Sequence record: NC_073079.1
Origin: Escherichia phage vB_EcoD_Over9000
Strand: one strand, 5' to 3'
Length of the DNA stretch: 44,583 bases
This document shows positions 1 to 9,275 of this stretch, piece by piece. The notes under the pieces were generated by a model, which saw only the letters and a list, made by a program, of their open reading frames with translations, had not been told where the DNA came from and searched no databases. Both the position numbers and the translations under genes were made by a program. Position 1 is the first letter of the stretch, and the number at the start of each line of letters is the position of its first letter.

Positions 1-54
1 TATAATCCCCTTAGATGGCAGGGCCGTCTCCTATGTTGCCGATGGTCGGCGCAT

Positions 55-627
55 ATGAACAAAAGGGCTTATATCATGGCAGAAATTAAAGTTAAGGGCC
101 GTCGCGCCAAACTGGACGGACGAGTGGCAGTAACCCCGCGCCGTAAACCAGGCGAGCAAACCGAGCATACCAATCTCGGACCTGAGATCGAGTACGGCAA
201 GCGCCGTAAAGGCGGCAAATGTGGACGCCCTACTGACTACCGATCTGTTTACTGCGACCAGCTTCGTCGCTATTTTGCCGATGCCGTAGCCTGGCAGGTC
301 AATTACTCCGATAAAGGCGCTGCGCAGGTAATCCCTCGCAACAAAATGCCAACCTTCGGCAGATTTGCCGCGGAAATCGGTGTGGGCGTCGCTTGCCTGT
401 ATCGCTGGGCGCGCGCACATGAGGAGTTCGCCGAGGCTATGGCGGACGCAATGGAGTTGCAGAAAACTTTCCTGATGGAAGCTGGCGGCGTGACTATCGC
501 GGCAGGCTTCGCGACCTTCCTGCTCAAAGCCAACCACGGCGTACGCGACGATATCCCACTGGATGACGACGAAGATGATAACGGCGACGTCGTTGTCGAA
601 CCTACCGGCAAAGGCCAGGGCGAATAA
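55..627 (+). CDS. terminase small subunit (putative)
   Basis: 190 aa ORF immediately upstream of and stop/start overlapping the large terminase (TAATG at 625-629); basic N-terminus, acidic C-terminal tail; position typical of TerS. Alternative start at 76. Confidence 0.55.
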   Translation: MNKRAYIMAEIKVKGRRAKLDGRVAVTPRRKPGEQTEHTNLGPEIEYGKRRKGGKCGRPTDYRSVYCDQLRRYFADAVAWQVNYSDKGAAQVIPRNKMPTFGRFAAEIGVGVACLYRWARAHEEFAEAMADAMELQKTFLMEAGGVTIAAGFATFLLKANHGVRDDIPLDDDEDDNGDVVVEPTGKGQGE

Positions 628-2012
628 TGCGTAACTATGCTGCAGAACACCGCGCACTGGAACGCGCGATCGCGAAGCGCAACCGACCACCGCGCCCGAC
701 ACGCGTTGCGCAGGCGGTGCGGCTTTACCAGCCTGATTGCCTACCGCACCAGGTCGAACTACTGCGGGACACGAAGACTAAAATCCTCGGCCTGTGTTCC
801 GGCTTCGGCGGCGGCAAGTCATGGGTCGCAGCCCGTAAGGTAATCCAGCTTTTAACCCTGAACCCGGGTCATGATGGCATCGTTACCGAACCGACTATTC
901 CACTCCTGGTTAAAATCATGTATCCGGAATTGGAAAAGGCTTTCGACGAGGCTGGCTTCCGGTGGAAGTTCAACAAGCAGGACAAGATCTATAGCGTTCT
1001 GGTGAAAGGCAAATGGACCCGCGTGATCTGTGAATCAATGGAGAACTATACCCGCCTGATCGGGGTCAACGCCGCGTGGATTGTTGCCGACGAGTTCGAC
1101 ACCACGAAACAAGACGTCGCGCTGGCGGCATATCACAAATTGCTAGGTCGTCTGCGTGCGGGCTTCGTCCGCCAGTTCGTCATCGTATCCACGCCTGAAG
1201 GCTACCGGGCGATGTATCAAATTTTCGAGGTGGAGAAGGATAGCCAAAAGCGCCTGATCCGGGCGAAGACCACCGACAACCACCATTTACCGGCAGACTT
1301 TATCGACACGCTGCGCAGTCAGTACCCGGCTAACCTGATTGATGCGTACCTGAACGGCCTGTTTGTTAACCTTACGTCGGGCGCGGTGTACAAGATGTTC
1401 AACCGAGAGGAGAACGCCAGCACCGAAGAAGTGCAGCCGGACGACACGCTGATTATCGGTATGGACTTTAACGTCACTAAGATGGCGGCGGTTGTGTACG
1501 TCAGACGGCAGCGAGTCACCGAGAACAAGGAGTTCCGCGACGAGATTCACGCGGTGGATGAATTTGTGGACCTGTTTGATACCCCGGCTATGATTGAGGC
1601 GATCGAGGAGCGCTACCCCGAACATTGTGCCGCCGGCCGTGTTGTCGTCTACCCGGATAGCAGCGGCAAATCCCGCAAAACGGTCAACGCGTCGTCGTCC
1701 GATATCGCGCAACTGGAAGATGCTGGCTTCGAGGTGGAGTACGACAGCGTTAACCCACCTGTGAAAGACCGATTGATCGCGATGAATACGATGATGTGCA
1801 ACTCGAAGGGCGTGCGCCAGTATTTTGTCAACCTGGATAAATGCCCTACACTAGCGAAATGTCTGGAACAGCAGGTTTACGACCTGAAGAAAGGCGAGCC
1901 GGATAAAACCGCCGGGGTGGACCACATGAACGATGCCGCGGGCTATCCAATTGCGCACCTGTTCCCAGTGATTCGCCCAATCGCCGTTGTTCCAACTGTA
2001 GACTTCTACTAA
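627..2012 (+). CDS. terminase large subunit
   Basis: 461 aa; Walker A-like GFGGGKSW and Walker B-like WIVADEFD motifs; followed directly by the portal gene. Confidence 0.85.
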   Translation: MRNYAAEHRALERAIAKRNRPPRPTRVAQAVRLYQPDCLPHQVELLRDTKTKILGLCSGFGGGKSWVAARKVIQLLTLNPGHDGIVTEPTIPLLVKIMYPELEKAFDEAGFRWKFNKQDKIYSVLVKGKWTRVICESMENYTRLIGVNAAWIVADEFDTTKQDVALAAYHKLLGRLRAGFVRQFVIVSTPEGYRAMYQIFEVEKDSQKRLIRAKTTDNHHLPADFIDTLRSQYPANLIDAYLNGLFVNLTSGAVYKMFNREENASTEEVQPDDTLIIGMDFNVTKMAAVVYVRRQRVTENKEFRDEIHAVDEFVDLFDTPAMIEAIEERYPEHCAAGRVVVYPDSSGKSRKTVNASSSDIAQLEDAGFEVEYDSVNPPVKDRLIAMNTMMCNSKGVRQYFVNLDKCPTLAKCLEQQVYDLKKGEPDKTAGVDHMNDAAGYPIAHLFPVIRPIAVVPTVDFY

Positions 2013-2022
2013 GGAAACGACC

Positions 2023-3543
2023 ATGACCGTTAACGTTGATAACCAGCACCCACTTTATGCGCGCATCGCGCCAGAGTGGAAGATGATCCGCGATTGTGTA
2101 GCAGGGGAGCGCGCCGTGAAGGCGTGCGGCCCCTTGTACCTGCCTCATCCCGCCAGTGGCGACAATACGGACCCGAAAGCACGGGCGCGGTATAAGGCGT
2201 ACAAGCAACGCGCTGTATTCCTGAACGCCACCGCCCGCACACTTAACGCGCTGTTAGGCGTTGCCTTTGCTAAACCGGTAAGTCTGGACCTTTCCGGGGC
2301 GATGGCGGACCTGATTGACGACGTAGACGGTAGCGGTATGCCGCTACCGCAACTCCTGCGCGGTGCTATGTCTGAAGTTCTGCAATCAGGCCGTGCGGGC
2401 TTTATGGTCGACTACGACCGCCAGGCGCATTTTGATGAACTTGGTAATGTAGTGCCGCAGACAGCCGCCGAGATGGCGTCACACCGCCCGCTTATCCGCC
2501 TGTACACGGCAGAACAGATCATCAACTGGCGGCAGACCCACGGCGTCGATACGCTGATTGTGCTGAAGGAAACGGACGAAATCAGCACCGAAGACCCGGA
2601 CGATTTCGCAAACCACGAAGTAACAATCTGGACCGAGCTTCGCATGATTAACGGTGCGGCACACGCCCGCCGCTGGTTTTACAACGCTGACACGTCCGAA
2701 GTGCAAATGGACTTGCCGCGTGGATTCACCCGCACCGACCTTGTTCCGCTGGTGGATGCTGCCGGTCGTGCGCTTACTCAACTTCCGTTTTGCTGGTGTG
2801 GCGCGGTGGACAACAACGCAACGCCTGACGCCGCTCCGCTGGCGGATATCGCATCCATCAACATTAAGCACTACAACGCCGAAGCGGACGTCGCCGAGAT
2901 TGCGCACATTGTGGGCCAGCCGACCCTTGTTGCTACGGGCCTGACTCAATCATGGGCAGACAAAAACCTGAAGGGTGGCATTGCTCTCGGCGCGACTAAG
3001 GGCGTTATCCTGGGCCAGAACATGGACGCTAAACTTATTCAGGCCGAGGAGCGCAACTTGTCTGTCGCTCTTTGTGAGCGCCGCGAATTGCAAATGGCTA
3101 AACTGGGCGCGGCCCTGGTCGAGAAGGGGACCGCACCTAAGACGGCAACCGAGGCGGCCTATGATGCACAGACTGATAACAGTATCCTGTCACTGATTGC
3201 CGGTAACGTCGAGAAGGCTTTCAACCGTGCGCTGCAAATCGTCAAGCTGTTCACGGGCGACACCGCAGATCAACGCGTAACGCTGAATAAGTTCTACACC
3301 GAAATCACGGTTGACGCACAGCTTATGACCGCAATGATGGCGGGTGTGCAGACCGGTACGGTCCGTCTGGCGGACTTTATCAAGTGGATGATGGCCCAGG
3401 GCGTTATTGATGACTCGCAAACCGTCGAGCAGGTGGAAGACGAACTGCGAAATCAGAACCCATTGCCTCAAATGTCCCCGGATGCGGTAGAATCTACCGA
3501 AGAAGACCAGGGCAAGGTAGCGGACGATGGCGAGAACAATTAA
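2023..3543 (+). CDS. portal protein
   Basis: 506 aa ORF between terminase and head-morphogenesis gene; RBS AAGGAAA upstream; acidic C-terminus; size and position typical of portal. Confidence 0.75.
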   Translation: MTVNVDNQHPLYARIAPEWKMIRDCVAGERAVKACGPLYLPHPASGDNTDPKARARYKAYKQRAVFLNATARTLNALLGVAFAKPVSLDLSGAMADLIDDVDGSGMPLPQLLRGAMSEVLQSGRAGFMVDYDRQAHFDELGNVVPQTAAEMASHRPLIRLYTAEQIINWRQTHGVDTLIVLKETDEISTEDPDDFANHEVTIWTELRMINGAAHARRWFYNADTSEVQMDLPRGFTRTDLVPLVDAAGRALTQLPFCWCGAVDNNATPDAAPLADIASINIKHYNAEADVAEIAHIVGQPTLVATGLTQSWADKNLKGGIALGATKGVILGQNMDAKLIQAEERNLSVALCERRELQMAKLGAALVEKGTAPKTATEAAYDAQTDNSILSLIAGNVEKAFNRALQIVKLFTGDTADQRVTLNKFYTEITVDAQLMTAMMAGVQTGTVRLADFIKWMMAQGVIDDSQTVEQVEDELRNQNPLPQMSPDAVESTEEDQGKVADDGENN

Positions 3544-4630
3544 TCAATATATGGCGGATCGCATGATCCGCCGTCACATCTTCACCCAGCGCCTGAGCAA
3601 TGACCAGGCGCGGAGGGTGCTGGCTATGTGGGAGAAGTTCCGGCCCACGTTACTGGGTAAGCTGACCGAGTTACTTGATGGCAAAAAGTCCATGAATAAC
3701 AAAGCACTTACCACACTGTTAACGCAACTCGACAAGACCGTCAAAACGGAACTGCGCACCGAGTTTAAGGCGTTGGCTGAAAGCCTTCAGGAGTTCGCCG
3801 ACACCGAGGCTGATTATCTCGCCGACACATTAACGGCAGCGATCCAGCCGGTGGTCGCCGTACCTGCGGTCGAGGTGGTTGGTGTAGTGACCGGTGCGCA
3901 GATCGCAGCGACGGCTATGAAAAACCCGTTCCAGGGTAATACTATGATGCAATGGCCTGACTCACTTTCTGAGTGGACCAGGACGCAGATCGGTAACCAG
4001 GTGCGAGCGGGATTCATCCAGGGCAAGCCAACGATGGAAATTATCGCGGACGTGAGGCGCGCGCTAGGCGGTCGTAGTGCGCAAGCTATCTCGAGCGTTG
4101 TTAAGTCCGCAGTCAACCACTATGCGGCGACAGCCCGCGAATTAATGGTAAAAGCTAATGACGATATTCTCGAAGGTCGCCAATGGTTATCTACATTGGA
4201 CACGCATACTTCTCCCATGTGCCAGCTACGCGATCGCCTGTTTTATCCGGTTGATGTTACTCCCGACACCAAAGGAAAGCGCGGCGGGAAAGTGGTGGCT
4301 GGGTCACAATATGGCGCTGGTCCGGGCAAGCTGCATTATTGCTGCCGGTCGACGGAGACGTGGAAAGTTAAGGGCATGGAAGATTGGCCCAGTGGTAAGC
4401 GTCCGGCACTGAAGGCTGACGCGGGTAGATTGCTGAGTGAGCAGGTAGACGCGCAGACTGATTTCTTCTCATGGGTGCAGCGCCAGCCGCGCCATATCCT
4501 GGAAGAACTATACGGAGTGCAACGCGCCGACCAGATTATGCGCGGCGTGAAAGTGCCGAAGATGTTCACCGATTCAGGTGAACTGATGACTATCGCACAG
4601 CTTAAAAACCGGGGGTTATGGCGTGATTAA
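3527..4630 (+). CDS. head morphogenesis protein (SPP1 gp7 / Mu F-like)
   Basis: 367 aa ORF overlapping the portal 3' end; conserved position after portal. Confidence 0.55.
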   Translation: MARTINQYMADRMIRRHIFTQRLSNDQARRVLAMWEKFRPTLLGKLTELLDGKKSMNNKALTTLLTQLDKTVKTELRTEFKALAESLQEFADTEADYLADTLTAAIQPVVAVPAVEVVGVVTGAQIAATAMKNPFQGNTMMQWPDSLSEWTRTQIGNQVRAGFIQGKPTMEIIADVRRALGGRSAQAISSVVKSAVNHYAATARELMVKANDDILEGRQWLSTLDTHTSPMCQLRDRLFYPVDVTPDTKGKRGGKVVAGSQYGAGPGKLHYCCRSTETWKVKGMEDWPSGKRPALKADAGRLLSEQVDAQTDFFSWVQRQPRHILEELYGVQRADQIMRGVKVPKMFTDSGELMTIAQLKNRGLWRD

Positions 4631-4952
4631 ATATGCATCGATTGGACTGGTTATCGGTCTGGCGGTAGGATTCTGGCTAGGTGACTCCTATCGCGCTGGC
4701 GTAGTGGCGGAGGCGGCGCAAGAAGCGCAAGCCAAAGCCCAACGGCAGCAAACTAAAGTTGTGGAGCGCTCCGTGCAGGCCGAACAGGCCCGCGACGTGG
4801 AATACCGGACTATCACGAAAGAGGTTGTTAAATATGTTACGCGCCCTAACCGCCCTGATTGTAGTTTTGATGCTGAGCGCGTGCGGATCAAGCAACGCGC
4901 CGTTGATGCCGCTAACGGAGTCGGCACTGCGACCGCCGTGCAAGTTCGATAG
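4623..4952 (+). CDS. i-spanin (Rz-like, type II inner-membrane protein)
   Basis: 109 aa; N-terminal transmembrane helix IGLVIGLAVGFWL followed by Ala/Gln/Glu-rich coiled-coil region; overlapped out of frame by a lipoprotein ORF. Confidence 0.6.
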   Translation: MIKYASIGLVIGLAVGFWLGDSYRAGVVAEAAQEAQAKAQRQQTKVVERSVQAEQARDVEYRTITKEVVKYVTRPNRPDCSFDAERVRIKQRAVDAANGVGTATAVQVR

Positions 4953-5064
4953 CCCGTCCGCAGACCCCGACGAGGATTTGATGATTGACGTGAAAAATAT
5001 GGAATGCGGGGCGAAGCTAAGGGCGCAGGTGCTGGAGTTGCAGCAAATAATTAAGGGGCCGTAA
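4834..5064 (+). CDS. o-spanin (Rz1-like outer-membrane lipoprotein)
   Basis: Starts inside the Rz ORF in another frame at ATG 4834 (RBS GAGG at 4821); signal peptide with lipobox LSAC; Pro-rich mature part; about 76 aa. Confidence 0.6.
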   Translation: MLRALTALIVVLMLSACGSSNAPLMPLTESALRPPCKFDSPSADPDEDLMIDVKNMECGAKLRAQVLELQQIIKGP

Positions 5065-5078
5065 TGGCCCCTTTTTCG
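5053..5078. terminator. bidirectional intrinsic terminator
   Basis: GGGGCC-GTAAT-GGCCCC hairpin (5055-5071) followed by TTTTT; sits between convergent Rz1 (+) and the reverse-strand gene ending at 5079. Confidence 0.7.
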
Positions 5079-5843
5079 TTAGCGCGGAATACCGCAAATC
5101 TCGTTGAGAGTTTTCACATCCAGCGCCACCGCCGTGGATTTTGGCTTGTCCGGGTAAGGGATGAATTGCTCAACTTCAGGCCATGCCTTAATCAGCTTCT
5201 TATCGGTATTGTGCATGTCCAGCACACCGGTAACGGTCAACTTGAATGCGTCATACTTAGCACGCAACTCACGGCGGGCCTTGTCGTTACGGTCAAGGCG
5301 CTTGCAGAAGTCATGATCTGCCGGGAAATCCGCACGGCAGCGTGGCTTATAGATCGGCAGCGATTTTCCGTCCTCGTCCACTTCACACACTGAAGCCAAC
5401 ATAACTGTCTCGAACCCCGGAACGATATCGCCGAGATCAGGCGAGAGCTTATTCATATATTTCTCTTCCCAGTATCCGCGATGTACGCGGTATTGGCGAC
5501 CGTCACCGCTCAAGGACAAGATGCGAACATTGCCGCCTGCGTTGATTTCAAAGGTGGCGTCGTAAACGCTGCCGATACCCTTCGGGCGATCTGTGTCATA
5601 GCGATATGTTGCCTTGTTGGTGTATACGCTGACGCTGTACATCTGCGACTGGTCGTCGCGGATTGCCTTGATATGCTCGCGGAGCGCTGCGAACGTGCGA
5701 ATGCCTTCCGGCATACAGTCCAGCGTGATTGCGTACGCCAGGTCGCGAGAGTCCATCATGATTGTTTTGGCTTCGGTAGCGATTTCGTGGTCGCGCAGGA
5801 TGTTAGCCAGGATCTGATTTTTAATGTCTTTCGTCAGTCTCAT
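5079..5843 (-). CDS. hypothetical protein (reverse-strand insert in head module)
   Basis: 254 aa ORF on the opposite strand to all flanking structural genes; ends at a bidirectional terminator (5053-5078); no motif recognised by eye. Confidence 0.6.
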   Translation of the reverse strand: MRLTKDIKNQILANILRDHEIATEAKTIMMDSRDLAYAITLDCMPEGIRTFAALREHIKAIRDDQSQMYSVSVYTNKATYRYDTDRPKGIGSVYDATFEINAGGNVRILSLSGDGRQYRVHRGYWEEKYMNKLSPDLGDIVPGFETVMLASVCEVDEDGKSLPIYKPRCRADFPADHDFCKRLDRNDKARRELRAKYDAFKLTVTGVLDMHNTDKKLIKAWPEVEQFIPYPDKPKSTAVALDVKTLNEICGIPR

Positions 5844-5882
5844 TTTTATGTCCTCATTTTAGGGGCTTTCGCCCCGATTGGT

Positions 5883-6197
5883 TTAGTTGAATTTGATGTT
5901 GCCACCGGTGGAAGTTAAGCGGGCACATACAGCTTCAACGGCATCGACGCACATGAAATCGTTAAAGGCTTCGACCAGGGCGTTTATGAAAGATGCCGGA
6001 ACCAGGCCGCAAGCCGGATTATCGAATGTTGCGGAGTTGATCGCCGCTTTTGCCGCTTCAGAAGCATTCATGCTCTGGCACAGATTCAGCGCTTCCGCGT
6101 TACGCATTGCGTGAAAGGTAAAGGTATTCACTACGGTAGCTTTATTGAAACGGGCCATTGCGGCGTCTACTGGAGTTGCTACGGTCATGTTAGTCAT
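5883..6197 (-). CDS. hypothetical protein (first gene of reverse-strand insert operon)
   Basis: About 105 aa from ATG at 6197 with RBS AAGGAAAAC upstream (reverse strand); the longer ORF start at 6320 lacks an RBS; promoter-like region 6198-6300. Confidence 0.5.
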   Translation of the reverse strand: MTNMTVATPVDAAMARFNKATVVNTFTFHAMRNAEALNLCQSMNASEAAKAAINSATFDNPACGLVPASFINALVEAFNDFMCVDAVEAVCARLTSTGGNIKFN

Positions 6198-6337
6198 TTT
6201 GTTTTCCTTCATATCTCTGTTGGTGTGCAACCAACATACGCAATGCAAGCGAATTTTGCGATTATTTTTATCGCTGATAATATTAAGGCGTGAAGTCAAG
6301 CGGGTGGCCCGCTTTGCCACAATCCCAGGGGGATAGC

Positions 6338-7039
6338 ATGAAACTTACTAAAGCAGAATATGACGCGTTGCCAGAAGGTATGAAGGCGCTTTTTGTTGCC
6401 GATGGCGATGGGTATAAATCAACCTTCATGACCGCAGAAGAGGTACAGGCGGAAATCAAGGGTCTGAAAGACAATAACGCGAAGCTGGTGAGCGAGAAGA
6501 AAGCAGAAGCTGAACGCCGCGCCGAAGCCGAGCGCCTTGCGAAAGAGAAAGAGGAAGCCGCCGCGCGCAAAAATGGCGACCTCGAAGCGATCGATAAGTC
6601 CTGGAAAGATAAGTTTGCAAAACACGAAGCAGACACATCGGGAAAAATCGAAGCCTACCGCAAGCAGATCCACGATCTAACCATCGGCAGCGCTGCCAAA
6701 GACCTGGCGTCGAAGCTGTTCGGTAAGAATGCGGGTATCATGCAACGCCACGTAATGGACCGCCTGACGCTGGAAGACGGCGAAGACGGCAGCTTGAAAG
6801 TGCGTGTCTTGCAGGATGGCAAACCGTCCGCGCTGACTATGGAAGAGCTTGAAAAAGAGTTCCGTAATAACGCCGATTTTGCATCTGTTCTGGCTGGCAC
6901 GCCCGCCGGTGGCGCGCCGAGCAAACCGACGCATGTTGTCGAAGATATGAAGTCGAAAATCACTATGGGACACAGCTTCGGCATCACCGACCTGACGAAA
7001 CAGGCGGGTGAAATCATCGCTAAAATGGGCGACGAGTAA
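6338..7039 (+). CDS. head scaffolding protein (putative)
   Basis: 233 aa from ATG 6338 (RBS AGGGGGAT); strongly charged Ala/Glu/Lys/Arg-rich coiled-coil segment; immediately upstream of the major capsid gene. Confidence 0.5.
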   Translation: MKLTKAEYDALPEGMKALFVADGDGYKSTFMTAEEVQAEIKGLKDNNAKLVSEKKAEAERRAEAERLAKEKEEAAARKNGDLEAIDKSWKDKFAKHEADTSGKIEAYRKQIHDLTIGSAAKDLASKLFGKNAGIMQRHVMDRLTLEDGEDGSLKVRVLQDGKPSALTMEELEKEFRNNADFASVLAGTPAGGAPSKPTHVVEDMKSKITMGHSFGITDLTKQAGEIIAKMGDE

Positions 7040-7136
7040 GCACATTGCCCGCGAAAGCGGGCGATTTTGCGAGCGCGTAAATCTAAGGTAACATTAACGG
7101 TACTGGGCGAATGCTCACAACTCAAAGGATTTCGAT

Positions 7137-8255
7137 ATGTCATTAACAGTGTTCCAGCGTAAACTCGTTACCGCGGTTACGCAAATGATCCCCGACAACC
7201 TGAACGTGTTCAACGCTGCCGCAAATGGCGCTGTTGTTCTCGGTACTGGTGAAGTGCTGAAGGATGTTGTAGAAAAAATGTCCGTAGGCTTGATCGCCAA
7301 CCTCGTTACCGACCGTAACGCCTACGCCCCTGTCGGCACTCCGGCAACCGCGAAAGTGCTGGCGCGTATGCTGACCAACTCGGTTAACCTTTCCGCAAAA
7401 GTGGGTCCGGTAGCAATCACTAAGGCTATGATGGCTAAGATCGAAACCAACGTTAACAGCGTTGCGGCTGAGATTGCGGCACAGGCTACTCAAGCGATTA
7501 TGCTGCACTACCTGAAAGCGGGTATCGGCGCAAGTAAAGCGGCGATCGAAAGCAACGAAGCGGCAAAATACACCCAACCGGCGCGCGTTGATGGCGTTGG
7601 CGGTCGTACCTTCCCGACCCTGGCAGACTTCCCGCTGGCGGCTTCTAAGTTCGGCGATCAGGCGTCTTTGATTAAATCCTGGTTTATGGACGGCGTTACC
7701 TGGGCAAACTTCATTGCCTACCAGGCGCTACCGTCTGCCGAGCAGGTATTCGCGATCGGCGATCTGCAGGTAATGGGTGATGGCCTGGGCCGTCGTTTCA
7801 TTATCTCCGATGCCGCTGCCGATGCTATGGGTAAGGGTATCATGCTGGGTCTGGTGCCTGGCGCTGTTGCGGTTACCACCAACGGCCTTGATATGCTGGC
7901 GCAGGAGAAAGGCGGTAACGAGAACATCGAACGTTGGTGGCAGGGCGAGTTCGACTTCAACGTGGCTGTTAAAGGCTACCGTCTGAAGGCGTCCGCTCGT
8001 ACCCAGATCGAAGGTGTGCGCTCGTTCACACTGAGCGATATCACCACCTCCGCGAACTGGGAACTGGACCAGGGCCAGGTAGACAACGCACCGGCAACCG
8101 TTCAGGACGTTGGCGCTGTGGGCGCTGTGGGCGATGGTGATACTAAAGGCCGTCGTAAGACACAGGCTGCGCAGGAAGTGCCGACCCGTCACATCAAGGA
8201 AACCGCTGGCGTACTGGTTACGCTGAAGGCGACTACCGCGACTACCGCGTCTTAA
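7137..8255 (+). CDS. major capsid protein
   Basis: 372 aa; RBS AAAGGA; follows scaffold and is followed by a strong intrinsic terminator, as expected for a highly expressed structural gene. Confidence 0.75.
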   Translation: MSLTVFQRKLVTAVTQMIPDNLNVFNAAANGAVVLGTGEVLKDVVEKMSVGLIANLVTDRNAYAPVGTPATAKVLARMLTNSVNLSAKVGPVAITKAMMAKIETNVNSVAAEIAAQATQAIMLHYLKAGIGASKAAIESNEAAKYTQPARVDGVGGRTFPTLADFPLAASKFGDQASLIKSWFMDGVTWANFIAYQALPSAEQVFAIGDLQVMGDGLGRRFIISDAAADAMGKGIMLGLVPGAVAVTTNGLDMLAQEKGGNENIERWWQGEFDFNVAVKGYRLKASARTQIEGVRSFTLSDITTSANWELDQGQVDNAPATVQDVGAVGAVGDGDTKGRRKTQAAQEVPTRHIKETAGVLVTLKATTATTAS

Positions 8256-8272
8256 CGGGCGCACATCCCAAA

Positions 8273-8301
8273 TGGGCGGGCTTATGCCCGCCTTTTTTTT
8301 A
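8273..8301 (+). terminator. intrinsic terminator after major capsid gene
   Basis: GGCGGGC-TTAT-GCCCGCC hairpin followed by eight T. Confidence 0.85.
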
Positions 8302-8306
8302 TAGGA

Positions 8307-8816
8307 GTGAATGAAATGTATGGCGACCCGCAAACATTTGTCGATTATGCCGCGGCGCGAGGCGTTGAAGTCACGCTGAGCGATGCAACGCGACACCTTA
8401 CCGTAGTTAATGACTTCCTTAACGGCATCAACTGGATCGGAGAACCCGCAGACCAGACCGGAATCGACGCATGGCCCCGCATAAATTACCCATCGGACGG
8501 TAAGCCGGTGCGCGACACTCTCACTGAAGTTGTGGCAGTAGTGCCTGCAGGGCAGATCGTAGATTTTGCATCAATCCCCATTGCCGTCGAGCAAGCCGTT
8601 TACAGGTTGGCGATGTTGGTGGCGGACGAGGTCGATATTTCTCCTGTTGGCAGTGGTAAGGAGACTATCCGCGAAACTGTTGGCCCGATCACGATGGAAT
8701 ATGACCCTGCGACGATTGGTAGCGGTGTCTCGTTCCCGTGGTGGGATGGCTTGCTGGGCCACTGGATTGACTCCGACGGCAACGCAGCGGGTAATTTTGA
8801 CGTATTCCGGGGGTGA
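8307..8816 (+). CDS. head completion / head-tail connector protein (putative)
   Basis: 169 aa ORF first after the capsid terminator; position equivalent to neck genes; no specific motif. Confidence 0.4.
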   Translation: MNEMYGDPQTFVDYAAARGVEVTLSDATRHLTVVNDFLNGINWIGEPADQTGIDAWPRINYPSDGKPVRDTLTEVVAVVPAGQIVDFASIPIAVEQAVYRLAMLVADEVDISPVGSGKETIRETVGPITMEYDPATIGSGVSFPWWDGLLGHWIDSDGNAAGNFDVFRG

Positions 8817-8817
8817 T

Positions 8818-8934
8818 ATGAATCCTGCATTACTGGCGGCTATTATCGCCGCAAATACTAAACGCCAACCAGAACCGGAGCCAGCACCAGAACCAGAACC
8901 ACCGGTACAGGAGGATGATAATGGCGGGCTTTAA
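8818..8934 (+). CDS. small Pro/Glu-rich protein (uncertain)
   Basis: 38 aa ORF (MNPALLAAIIAANTKRQPEPEPAPEPEPP...) starting 2 bp after the upstream stop; may be non-coding. Confidence 0.2.
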   Translation: MNPALLAAIIAANTKRQPEPEPAPEPEPPVQEDDNGGL

Positions 8935-9274
8935 TTACGCAGGATTAAAGCGGAAAGTGAATCCGCTGATTAAAAAATTCGGCATGACCGTTACGGTTAC
9001 GCGTCCGGGGTCGGTTGACCGCGTAGACGGCGACGAAGTGGTAATCCCGCCAACGTCGTTCGACGTCATAGGTCTTCGCGAGGAGTACAAGCCTAGCGAG
9101 ATCGACGGAACGCGTATCGTTACCGGTGATGTGAAGTTTTTATGTCGGGCGGTTGAGCAATTGCGGGTGGGCGACCTTGTCAACCTGAACGGCACTGACT
9201 ACCGTGTCGTTAACCCTAACCCACTGCAACCGGCGGGGACGACCATGCTGTTTCAACTACAGCTAAGGGGCTAA
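8921..9274 (+). CDS. head-tail joining protein (FII-like, putative)
   Basis: 117 aa from ATG 8921 preceded by AGGAGG (8910-8915); position in the neck module. Confidence 0.45.
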   Translation: MAGFNYAGLKRKVNPLIKKFGMTVTVTRPGSVDRVDGDEVVIPPTSFDVIGLREEYKPSEIDGTRIVTGDVKFLCRAVEQLRVGDLVNLNGTDYRVVNPNPLQPAGTTMLFQLQLRG

Positions 9275-9275
9275 C

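Noticed and set aside
1-60. Terminal repeats or cos site at the window ends
   Set aside because: No obvious direct repeat shared by the first and last ~100 bp and no recognisable cohesive-end motif; genome termini cannot be determined from sequence alone.
31-702. 223-aa reverse-strand ORF overlapping the small terminase gene
   Set aside because: Entirely antisense to a well-supported gene at the conserved terminase position; typical spurious ORF in GC-rich DNA.
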